Program-made: the position numbers and the translations under genes
In this document: piece by piece, positions 50,540 to 60,342 of the stretch
Layout: every line of letters starts with the position of its first letter
Position numbering within the stretch: position 1 is the first letter of the stretch
Notes under the pieces: generated by a model
What the model was told of the DNA's origin: nothing
The model's database searches: none
The model's input: the letters and a program-made list of their open reading frames with translations, nothing else
DNA from: Diplonema japonicum
Lineage: Eukaryota; Protista; Euglenozoa: Diplonemea
Length of the DNA stretch: 64,000 nt
Direction of reading: 5' to 3'
NCBI GenBank assembly: GCA_964019335.1
Contig: OZ025697.1
Span: 124,001-188,000 of the forward strand

Positions 50540-53179
50540 TTACTTCGATGTCATGTCCCAGACACCATCCCATCCATCCTTGGGTGCGATATGGGGGTCA
50601 TCAAGGAACAGTTGAGCTCTAGGGATGAGAGACAGGGCGGTTAAATCATTGTGATCGTTGTAAGCCATGTTCCAGTGTTTCAAGGCAAGTTCCCATTCGC
50701 GTTTTTTGTAGTATTCAAGGCCAACTGCCCATTGTTCGTTTCCAAGGCGTTTCTGATCGGAGAGGGGGCCGTCCTTGACACGGCCTTGGAGTTCGAAGAT
50801 TTTTACAGGGAGTTTCTTCCCAACAACTCTAATGCAGTCAACCTCTCGCGTGTGAAAATCATTGTGAACAAGGTCGTACGTGAATTCGGTGATTAAAATG
50901 TGAGTTTTGTAAGCTTTTGTAGCACCCTCCATTCTGGACGACAAATTCACACCGTCACCTATTACAGTGTACTCCATTCTCTTCTCGAATCCGATGTTTC
51001 CAGCAACGACTTCGCCAGTGTTGATGCCAATGCCCATTCGGATGGGTTGTAAGCCTTCAGTGTCTCTGCGGGCGTTCCATATGTCAAGAAGTTCGAACAT
51101 TTCCAGAGCGCAAGAGCACACACGGTGCGCGTCATCTTCTGCTGGGAAGGGGACCCCGAAGACCGCCATAACAGCGTCTCCAATGTATTTGTCAACGATG
51201 CCACCGTGGTCCAGGACCGACCCTCCCATTAACTGGAAGTACTCGTTCAACGTTTCGACCACCTCGGCAGCTGACAGCGCTTCTGAAAGCCCCGTGAAAT
51301 TTCTAATATCGACGAACAATACGGAAACAGGAAGCTGCTGCCCGCCAAGTTGTGTCCCGCCTTCCAAAGCAGCGGCTGCGATCTCTGGTGACATGTATTT
51401 CCCCAACGTTGCCATCATTTGTGCCTCATTGGAGATGTCTTCAAAGGAGAGTACCACTCCAGTCTGCACACCGTCAAAATCCTTCAAAGCCATGATCGTG
51501 TAGTTGATGGTGAGGGACTTCTCCTCGTCGGTCTCTTTGTCGACTGTGATGAACGTGAAATCTTGTACCTGTGCGTCCTTGCCGGTTCGGTAGCACTCCA
51601 CGATGCTCTCGAGGAGTAAGCCGTTGATGTAGGAGTCGCATAGAGTCTTCCCGATGTTGCCCCTTGATGACGATCTACGGCCTTCTAAGGTTTTCTTACC
51701 TACATCGGACGTCGCTGTCTTTTTGATGAACCATGCTGTATAGGGTTCGTCTCGCATGGTAGCCTCACTGATGCCGATGCCGAACTTTACGGGGTCTCTG
51801 TTGCACGTTAGCATTTTCCCGTCCTTGTCGAGGGTGACGATGAGGTTCTTGATGCTTGCAAGGACGGACATGAACAGGTTCTTCGACTCTTCTGTCGATT
51901 TGAACAGAAGCGAGTTTTCGATGGCCACCGCTGCTTGTGCGGAGAAGGCGCCGAGGAGCCTTTCGTCCTTCTTCCCGAACGCTCTTCCGGATTTCTTGTT
52001 GATCATCTGTGTCACGCCGATAACCTCGCCCTGCTTGTTTGCCATCGGCATGCATAACATGCTGTTTGTCTTGTACCCGGTCTTCTTGTCGATTTGCTGG
52101 TTGAACCTGTGATCGGCATATGCATCAGGGATGTTCAGCGGCTCACCTGATGTCGCCACCGCTCCGGCGATGCCTGCTGTCTTCGGTATTCGGATCTCGT
52201 CGGTGCCGTCGGCCACGGAGCTCCACAGCTCGTTTCGTTCTTTGTCAACAAGGAACAAGGTGGACCTGTCAGCGGACAGAAGATCTCTCGAGACCTGCAT
52301 GATCGTTCTGATTAAAGACTTCACTTCAAGTTCGCTGGCCAACCTTCGAGCCACGTCAAGGAGGACCTCTACCTGGTTTGTTGCTTCATCTAAGGACTCC
52401 ACTGTCATCGAAGATACAAGAACCCTTCCGATGCCTTGTGCAGTTTCGTCAAGACTCGCAACCTGCGCTGCTGTGAAAGCGTTGTCTCCTGCCGCGACAA
52501 CAAGCCCGAAAACAGTGTCCTTGTTGATCAAAGGCGTCGCGATAAGAGATTTGCATTGACACATCAAAAGAGGTTGCAGCGTGGAAAGTTCGGCATCGGT
52601 GGGGGATGCATTGACAGACACCTTGGTTTTGACAACGGATCCAAGCTGTGCCGAGCTGTCTACAGGTGCACGGTGCTCTGGTTTCTCCGGGTCATACAGC
52701 ACCTCGTTATCTTCGTCGCGAAGGTAGAGGCAAGCTAAAGCTGCGTCAGGGAAAACTTCCTTCAGTTTTTCACTTATATGCGAGTAGAGTGCGGCGCCTT
52801 GGACAGAATCATCGATCACTGTAGTGCCGTTGGCTGTTCCCGCGGTGCTTGACAAAGCGCTGGACTGCATCTTCGAGATTAGGTAGGAAAGTTCGGTGTT
52901 TCTGTCTTCTGGAGAAAGAGCTTCCATGCCCGAAAGATAGTCCACTTCTTTGATGCTCCCGTTCAGGAAGTCGTCCGTCTGTGGTGTCTCTCCGCGTTTG
53001 TTGCTGCCCGACAGTTCCTCGTCGCATGCCTTTCTGATCTTCATCAGGACGCTCTTAGGTGATGGTGGCTGCGTCGCCAACACGTTCTTCAACAGCTTAT
53101 CGATGATCCTTGGAAGGCCCACCTTCCCCATGTACTGAGCATCAGGCGTCAGCTTGGCCTTTGGCCTTTCTCCTGGCAT
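50540..53179 (-). CDS. Soluble class III adenylyl cyclase, GAF-GAF-PAS-CHD (CyaB-like), with an N-terminal RIIa/Dpy-30-like docking helix pair
   Basis: GAF with IDKKTGYKT..MLCMP...INKK...F...DE. VLFVDIRNFT, VDKYIGDAVMA, EYTVIGDGVNLSSRME, and WDGVWDMTSK terminus. Start assigned to the ATG at 53179. Intronless. Confidence 0.88.
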   Translation of the reverse strand: MPGERPKAKLTPDAQYMGKVGLPRIIDKLLKNVLATQPPSPKSVLMKIRKACDEELSGSNKRGETPQTDDFLNGSIKEVDYLSGMEALSPEDRNTELSYLISKMQSSALSSTAGTANGTTVIDDSVQGAALYSHISEKLKEVFPDAALACLYLRDEDNEVLYDPEKPEHRAPVDSSAQLGSVVKTKVSVNASPTDAELSTLQPLLMCQCKSLIATPLINKDTVFGLVVAAGDNAFTAAQVASLDETAQGIGRVLVSSMTVESLDEATNQVEVLLDVARRLASELEVKSLIRTIMQVSRDLLSADRSTLFLVDKERNELWSSVADGTDEIRIPKTAGIAGAVATSGEPLNIPDAYADHRFNQQIDKKTGYKTNSMLCMPMANKQGEVIGVTQMINKKSGRAFGKKDERLLGAFSAQAAVAIENSLLFKSTEESKNLFMSVLASIKNLIVTLDKDGKMLTCNRDPVKFGIGISEATMRDEPYTAWFIKKTATSDVGKKTLEGRRSSSRGNIGKTLCDSYINGLLLESIVECYRTGKDAQVQDFTFITVDKETDEEKSLTINYTIMALKDFDGVQTGVVLSFEDISNEAQMMATLGKYMSPEIAAAALEGGTQLGGQQLPVSVLFVDIRNFTGLSEALSAAEVVETLNEYFQLMGGSVLDHGGIVDKYIGDAVMAVFGVPFPAEDDAHRVCSCALEMFELLDIWNARRDTEGLQPIRMGIGINTGEVVAGNIGFEKRMEYTVIGDGVNLSSRMEGATKAYKTHILITEFTYDLVHNDFHTREVDCIRVVGKKLPVKIFELQGRVKDGPLSDQKRLGNEQWAVGLEYYKKREWELALKHWNMAYNDHNDLTALSLIPRAQLFLDDPHIAPKDGWDGVWDMTSK

Positions 53180-53977
53180 TTTCTGGTTTTTTTTTTTTTT
53201 TTTTTTTTCAAGCCCACCCTGTATTCTTTTTTTTCTTTTAAGGAGACAACTGTGTTGTGTGTGGGAAAAAAAAGTGGGGGATAATATTTTTTTTTTTTGA
53301 ACTATGTTAAAGGAGAGGTAAGGTGTGTTCTTACCCCCCCCTTGCCCAGCCATGACTTTGCTGGCAAAAGTAGAATAATAATAATATTTAAAAAAAAAAA
53401 AAACATTTCAGAAACCAAGAATGAAGTTGAAACTTTGAGGTTAGTACTCTATGTGTGAGCCTTATCTATTGGAGTCCATCTCCCTTTTCTTGCCTTCCTC
53501 TGTTTGTGTTGCAAAGTAATGACACCCATGCTCACATTGACTAGCTCAAGGGGCCGTCTTACTCCTGAGAACCGAAGACCTTGGTCCTCCTGCCCACTTT
53601 AAAAAAGAAAAACTATTGAGAGATTGTGGAACCTGCTGGGGACAGGGCGTAATAATTTAATTTTATTTTTAATAAAAGAAAACACAAAAGGAGATAAAAA
53701 ATGATTTCATGTAAAAACAAAAACAAAAAACAAAAAAAAACTAACGAATTAGGGAAGAAAAAAAATAACCTAAGCATACCGATATCACTTGCTTATTCGC
53801 AACGGAGAAAAAGAAATCTCTTTTTTATATAAAAAAAAAAAAAACCATAGAATGACATAAAAAAAAAAAAAAAAAGAACGGAGTCTAAAGCTAGTTAGTA
53901 AGTTTTCTTTTCTCCCCTCCCTTCTTCTTCTTCTTCTTCTTTTTTTTTTTTTTTTTTTTTTTTTTTTCCTTCTCGTT

Positions 53978-56209
53978 TTACTGGCCGAACATCTTAGCAT
54001 ACATCTTCTTGTCTTTCTTCCTGTTGGGGAATAGTTAGAGTTTAAAATAAATAATAATAAAAAAAAAAAACACATACTTCTGCTCTGCCTCGTGCTTATC
54101 CAACAAATCGAGCTCCTTCTTAATGGCAACATCCCCACCAGAGAGCTCCAAGGCTTTCTTGAGATCAGCCCTCGAAACGTCGAAGTCCGCAAGCTGGCGA
54201 CTGGCCTGGCCTCTTCTAAAGTATGCCTTGGCGGACTCCGCGTAGTCAAGCGCACTAGTGCAGTTCTTGATGGCATGTTGCCACTTCTTCAACTGTTTTT
54301 TTTTTTTTTTTTTTTTTTTTTTTCCTTCCTCCCTTTTACCTTAATCGACGCGGTCGCGATATTCAAATGACAGCTTAGGGCCAACTCATCTCTCTTCTTC
54401 TTGTTGTCTTCCTTGTCAAGATCGTAGATATCCTGAAAAAATTAATTTTTCTTCCCTTTCCCTTTTCTTTTAACGTACCTTTAGGTGAGTCAGCGCCTGC
54501 ACAAACCTCGTAATAGCCTGCACATAGTCCTCCGCCTTGAAGAGGACCACTCCCTGGTCCTTCCTCTCCTGCGCCGCCTTCAACCTTTGCGGGTCGGTTT
54601 TCGGCTCTTTGGTTTCCTTTGCGATCTTGGCTTCTTCGGCAAGCTGCCTGTCTTTCTCTTCTTCCTCTTCCCGGACCTTCTCGATGTGCTCCCCGATGCT
54701 CTTGAAGTTTGTGTTGATGTCTTCCTTCACTTCGTCCAGTTTCTTGAGGTACTCCTCGGGGCCGGCGTTCTCGCCTGCCTCACTGTTCATCCAGTCGTCC
54801 ATGGCGTGCACCTTCCCGTTCAGCTGGTCCAGCACCGACTCGGGAAGCCCGGCGTCGTGTCCCACCGACGGTAGTTGCAGCACGTATGACTCAAGTGCGT
54901 TGCGTGCTTCCATCCTCTTGTTATAGATGGCCTCTTCTTCTTGGATCGCCTTCTCGATTTCCTTCATCCGTTGGATCTCTTCTTCGCTTGTCGTCTCGGC
55001 AGGCTCCTCCAGTACTGAGGACTTTAGGCTGAAGAAGTGTACCCCGTTCACTTCCTCGGGCTTTTCTTCCTCTTCTGCTGGGACGTCACGTTGGGCACCC
55101 ACCAGCGCGCAGCCCTGCGCTACCGTCTGTACGGGGTCAAGGTGCACGGACAGGCTTTCCACGTTGAATGCTCTTTTCAGGTGTTCCTGCACACACGGGG
55201 ACCTCCAGCCTCCCCCGATCGTCTCGACTTCGGCGATCTTCTCTACACCAGATGCCGCCAGTGCTTCTTTGACGTTGGCCTCCAGTGAGGTGAGGAGCTC
55301 GGCACCCCATTCCTTGACAGACTCCTGCACTGCTTTGTACTGCAGGTCGAAGGTGTCGGTCAGCGCCTCCGCATTGAGTGTGTACTTAGGCACAGTGGAC
55401 ATGATTTCCTTTGCTTTCTGGGACTCCTTAGTCAGCCTGGCAAGCGGTTTGGGCATGTCGGTGAAGTCCTGTTTGTTGGACTCCTTCACGTCAACCAGGA
55501 GCTTAGCGAGCAGGCACTGGTCGATGACAGAGGAACCTGTTGGTGTGCTTCGCTCGGCAAGCACTTCGACGCCGTCCCTAGCCGCCTTGATGACAGACAC
55601 TGTGTTGTACCCGTGGCCCACATCGACGATCGCAATGGGTTGTGCCTCGTCAAGGGTTTTTTCGAGGCTTTCGTAGCGCAGCCCTCTGTAGCAGGCGGCG
55701 GCTGCGGTGCCGTCTGTCGTGACGCTCACGTCGTCTTTCTTCATGCCGAGGGTTTGGAACGCAGCCTTGACAAGGTCAGCGGCATGCGGTGTGCAGAGCG
55801 GGAGGGAAACCACCACCTTGGCAGGCATCTCGTGAGCCTCCGCCGCGTCCATCTTCCTGCTGTAACCCAGCAGGATGTTGAAAAGCATGGCGAGGAGCTG
55901 CGTCAGGTTGTAATCGCCCCTGGGCGTCTTAAGGTGCCCGTCGTCCATTTTGTAGATGAGGCCCTTGGTGCTGCCGCTGAAGAGTTGTCGCAGCATGTTA
56001 GCTGCCCATTTCGGTCGCGAGGTCACCTTGGAGAGCCCCTCCTCACCAACGTGCCGGCGCTCCTCGTCGAACGCCACCACACTGGGCGTCGACTCCAACG
56101 AGAAGTTGTTCCTCACAATGGCAGGCATTCTCTGGTAGGCAGCCATGGACGCCACCCTCGTGGACTGCGTCCCCAAGTCGACCCCAAGCACCCTCTCCGT
56201 GAACGACAT
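53978..56209 (-). CDS. Atypical Hsp70/Hsp110-like protein fused to a C-terminal TPR domain
   Basis: GVDLGT, TPSVVAF, VDVGHG, VETIGGGWRSP, VAQGCAL, EARNALESYV. TPR with KAYFRRGQA and KKMYAKMF. Introns 54433-54478, 54293-54339, 54021-54077. Confidence 0.85.
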
Positions 56210-56334
56210 TTTTTTTTTTTCCCTTCTTTTTTTTTCTTCTCGTGGGGTTACAAAAAAGGAAAAAAAAACGGGGGGTAAATAAAAAGAAAGTGTTTACATT
56301 TTTTTTTTTCTATTTCTTTCTTAGTACAAACGTT

Positions 56335-57562
56335 TTACATGCTAACTGAGGGCCTCACACCTTGGCTCACCTCACCGAATGCTTGCAGAAGCATGTCTTC
56401 ATTCCCGTTGAAGTTGTTGATGAGGACATCGGCTACGGCAGCGGGGTTGGGGGTGCCTTGGTTTTGAAGAATTGTAGTTATAGTGTCTCTAGTGGACGGG
56501 CGGGCCGGGGGGAGAATGGCGGTGGTTTTACCAGGGGAGAGCGAGAAGGGAAGTGCGTCGGAAGCACGAAGCAGGTCACCAAGGAGCTCGACCTCATTGT
56601 TCTGATGAAGGTCAAGAAGGATGTCAACGGCGGAGATGAGCTCAGGGGCAGACCTTCGCAGCAACACAAGCAATCTGTCCCTGTAAGGGGAAGGGAAGAA
56701 CACAGGATATATCGATCCGAGCGTTGCGAAAAGCTCATCATATTTCCCTTCAAACTGCAGCATTATTGCGGGAACCTGTGCCACCTTCATCCTATCGTAC
56801 TTCTCGTAAAATTCTGTTAGAATCTTCTTCAGATTGTACGTGGTGACACCCCTGTTCCGAGACGGGCTGGAAGGCATTTCGAAAGGGGTCTTAACCAGTT
56901 TCTGTTGAAGGGTTTTGACTTCTTCTAAAATCCTTTTTCTGGGTCCTAAAGCGGTGATTCCCATGTCATCCAGGTCTTGTTCTGTGAGTCCTCCAACAGC
57001 TTCCATGTCAAGCTCGTTGTCGGCGAATGTATCAGCGTAACGACCGACACCTATCGAGATCAGCCATTGGAGGACTGGTGCGAATATGTCAGTTGTCCGG
57101 AATGGTGCTGATTGGGCTCCATTTGTTCCCCCCATCGTTGCTTTTTGGAGCATGCTTTGCATTTTTTTGTTTTGTTCAACGAGTTTCTCAAGGTCGGGAG
57201 CGTTCTCCGCTTTGTTGCGGAGCTCGACGATTTGGTCGGCCTGCACCATGTACTTGTCGCGCAGCTTTTCGTTCTCACCACGAATTTCCTCGAGCGATTC
57301 CTTGTGCTTTTTTGCCAGCTCTTGGAGATAGTTTTGTGTAAAGTTCTGCTCTTCCGTTGCGCGTTTTCTTTTCTCTTCGATCTCCCTCTGCTCGTCCTCT
57401 AGCTGCAGCTTTTTCCTTGCCATCTCTCTCTCATGTCTCGCCATAATCTCTTCGTACTCTTCGTTCCTCAGGCAAAGCTGCCTGTACTTGTCTTCCTGGT
57501 CCTTGATGACCTTTTCCATTCCCTCCTGGCGTTTTCTCGAGGCTTCGTTTACTTCATCCTTT

Positions 57563-57598
<36 letters not shown>

Positions 57599-57799
57599 TT
57601 GTTGTCAGAAATATACCAGTTTTCTCCGTTCCCACTCTTCGGTTTGGCGCCTTCTCTTTTCTTCATATGCGTCTAGTTGTTGCCTTGAAGGGGAGGTGGT
57701 TTTTTTTTTTTTTTTTTGTTTTCTTTGTCGCACACCTTCTTTCATCCATTTTCTCTTCGAATTTCCGCATCGCATCGAGCTCCTCTTGGCTCCAATCTA

Positions 57800-57832
<33 letters not shown>

Positions 57833-60191
57833 TCCCTTCCCCCATTTTCTTTTAATTCAATTCATACCGCGGCCATTCTTAACGGTCGCTTCCTCGCTTG
57901 TGGTGCTACAGGTGGTGGGGCAGAAGGCGTCGGTCTCTCAAGTTTCGCTTCTGAGAGTCGGTTTCGTTAGCATTTAGGTACAAAAGTGGGGGGGGAAAGG
58001 GGGGGGGGGGGGGGGGGGAGGGCGCGGGCGGGTTGGGGAGGGGAAACAAATACAAAAAAAGGATAACACTGAGATGTGATAAATACTTTTTTTTTTTCGC
58101 TTCCAAATAAAACAAATACAAAAAAAAAAAAAGAAAGAGGCGGGCATCTTTACAAAAAGTCTCCCAAAGAAGAAGAAAAAAAACACACGGGGGGAGGGAA
58201 ACTTTTTTGTTTTTGCGCATACCTTCCAAAGCTTTTGACTTCTCCTCTGCGCGTGCCCGTTCATCTGCCTCGCGTTGCTTTCTATCACGCTCCGCGGCTT
58301 CCTCCGTTTGAATACGGAGCTTTTCCTCTTCAGCTTCCTTCTGCCTCTGCCGCTCACGCGCTTCGTCCTCTGCTTTTTTTTGAGCCGCGTCTTTGCTAGC
58401 ATTTTCTATAACAGTGGCTTCGCAGAACGAAGCAGCGACTGCAGAACATGTAACCATTAGAGTAAGAGCTTTCTCGGTGGTAAGCTGTTCTAAAGCGAGT
58501 TGTTTTAAGCGTTCCTCTTCCTTTTCTTGCAATATTGGGGCGATGCAGGCTACGCCAACAGCAACGCAGAGCACAGGTACGAGGTGGATGACCGGGTCGC
58601 GGGTCTTCATCAACAGCCTCAAAGACGCTTTCTCAGAAGCGTTGCGGACCTTCTCCACAACCTCCTCCGTGAGCAGGGACGAGCTGTACTTTAAATCAAT
58701 GTCGAAGCTCTCCTCTGAGATGTTCGTGTTGGGTCGGCACGATGAAATTTCGAAAACTGAAAAGGGCGTCAGCAAGAAGGGGGTTTTCGCGGACCTCCGC
58801 GTTCTGCCGATTTTGTGTATCACAGGGAGCTTCGTCACCTTGAATAAAAGAGTTCCTTTGCTTGCTTCCTTTCCTCCGAACGGGTTTTTGTTTGACTCGT
58901 CGAAACCTTTCTTTAAAAGCGTCTCTGCAACAGCTTGTGTTTCACTGAAATTTCCAAAACCGGGCCAGGTGAGTTTTGAACCGCGTTTGCAGTCTTTGAA
59001 GTGGTTGATGGTTGGGGTGCTTTGGTGCGATACGCCTTTCCACATTGCAGCGGTGGACTCTTCGGTGGAGCAGGCTGCGTGGAAAATCCAATGTATGTTT
59101 TTATGAATGATCTCCCATGCCGCTTCGACATTTTGTTTATTATCGTCTGTTTCGGTTTGCGAAGCGGTGGCGAGGGCATCGCTGACCATGGCAGTGTGGT
59201 TGGTGTTGTACACCTTGTGGGCTGATGTCGTCAGAAACAATCTATCTAAGTCCTCCGACGGTGAGGCGACAGTTCCGCACAGCAACGAAGCGAACGGCGT
59301 CGCCGGACCCAACGACATCGCAACCTTCGCGACAACCAGTTCCGGGTCTACTAGATCCGGGGCAACGACAAATGATGCCAGCAGCTCGTCCACCGGGTCA
59401 ACCAACGAATTCTCATACATTTCAATCAGTTTTTTATAAAATCTTTCTATTTGTGTGGTGACAGTTCCGTTTTCGTCCGGACCTGCAATCCACTTAAGGC
59501 GCTGGTCATGGCTGAACGTGTCCACGGGGTAAGGGGGTAAAGGCTCAACGGGAGTTTCAGATTCTAAAACGCGAATTCGTCTGTCCAACTCTCGTTCACC
59601 ATAATAAGTTGATATACCTCCACATAAAGCACCGCACAGTGCTAGAACTGCTTTGCATAGTTGCTTGGCTTCAAGCCACATTCCGATCTCCGACGTTATT
59701 ACGAGGTATCCTGCTGCAGCGAAGATGGGACCGTACAGTTCTTTCACGATTTCCACAGGGAGGTCGTCGTCGCTGTCGACTTCACGTATTTTCTTTTGGA
59801 GCTTGTTGAGACGGGAGGTTTCCTTGCTTTTCTCGCGTTCTTGTTGTTCGTAGGCGGTGGGGTCCTCCTTCTTGAGCTTCTCTTCCTTTGCGTGCTCCTT
59901 CAGAGCTTTTTTTCTTTCTTTAATCCCGCCGCTCTCCTTCATGATCGCGATGTAGCTCCCGGTTGTCAAACCAAAACTCTTCGGGCTCTTCTTCAAATCA
60001 GCTGGGAGCAGCGGAACCGATGGTCTCGGCGGTTTCCCTTTGCAAATGTACAACGCATGGCCCTCCATGGTCTTGATAGCAACCCTTGTTATAATAATGC
60101 CGATGAGCGTTGAAAACGGTTTTGTTTCAGTGACCGAGACGACTATGTTGTCCTTCGGGAGGAAGAAGTCGGTGATGAGCCGGAGAATCAT
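56335..60191 (-). CDS. Large protein with a degenerate ADP-ribosyltransferase-like domain, coiled coil, SAM domain and FY..Y...K...V..I helical repeats
   Basis: SAM: WLISIGVGRYADTFADNELD...LTEQDLDDMGITALGPRKRIL. Introns 57951-58222, 57801-57867, 57684-57735 and 57559-57616 fuse the two ORFs in frame. The ART-like call is from motif spacing only. Confidence 0.68.
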
Positions 60192-60342
60192 TTTTCCCCC
60201 TTCTCCCCCCCTCCCTCCCTGCCAAATTTTGCTTCTTTTTTTTTTTTCTTGGGGCATGAGGAGAAAGAAAAAGTATTATAAAAATGGATATGGACAGGAA
60301 CAAAAACAAAAACAAAAAAAAAAAACATTACAGTACTCGGTT

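Noticed and set aside
1-53179. Na+/H+ exchanger, PKD2 channel, Sfi1 and adenylyl cyclase as a flagellar signalling gene cluster
   Set aside because: They are far apart and interleaved with unrelated genes, and polycistronic units are generally not functionally organised.
53180-53353. N-terminal extension of the adenylyl cyclase ORF (and similar ones at 47507-47644, 49385-49417, 60192-60257)
   Set aside because: These run through homopolymer spacer DNA. The downstream A-flanked ATG fits the pattern of the other genes.
302-59439. Long plus-strand ORFs (e.g. 8380-9396, 16439-18091, 42925-43719, 54927-55676)
   Set aside because: They are antisense shadows of minus-strand genes, caused by codon and repeat bias, and have no recognisable domains.
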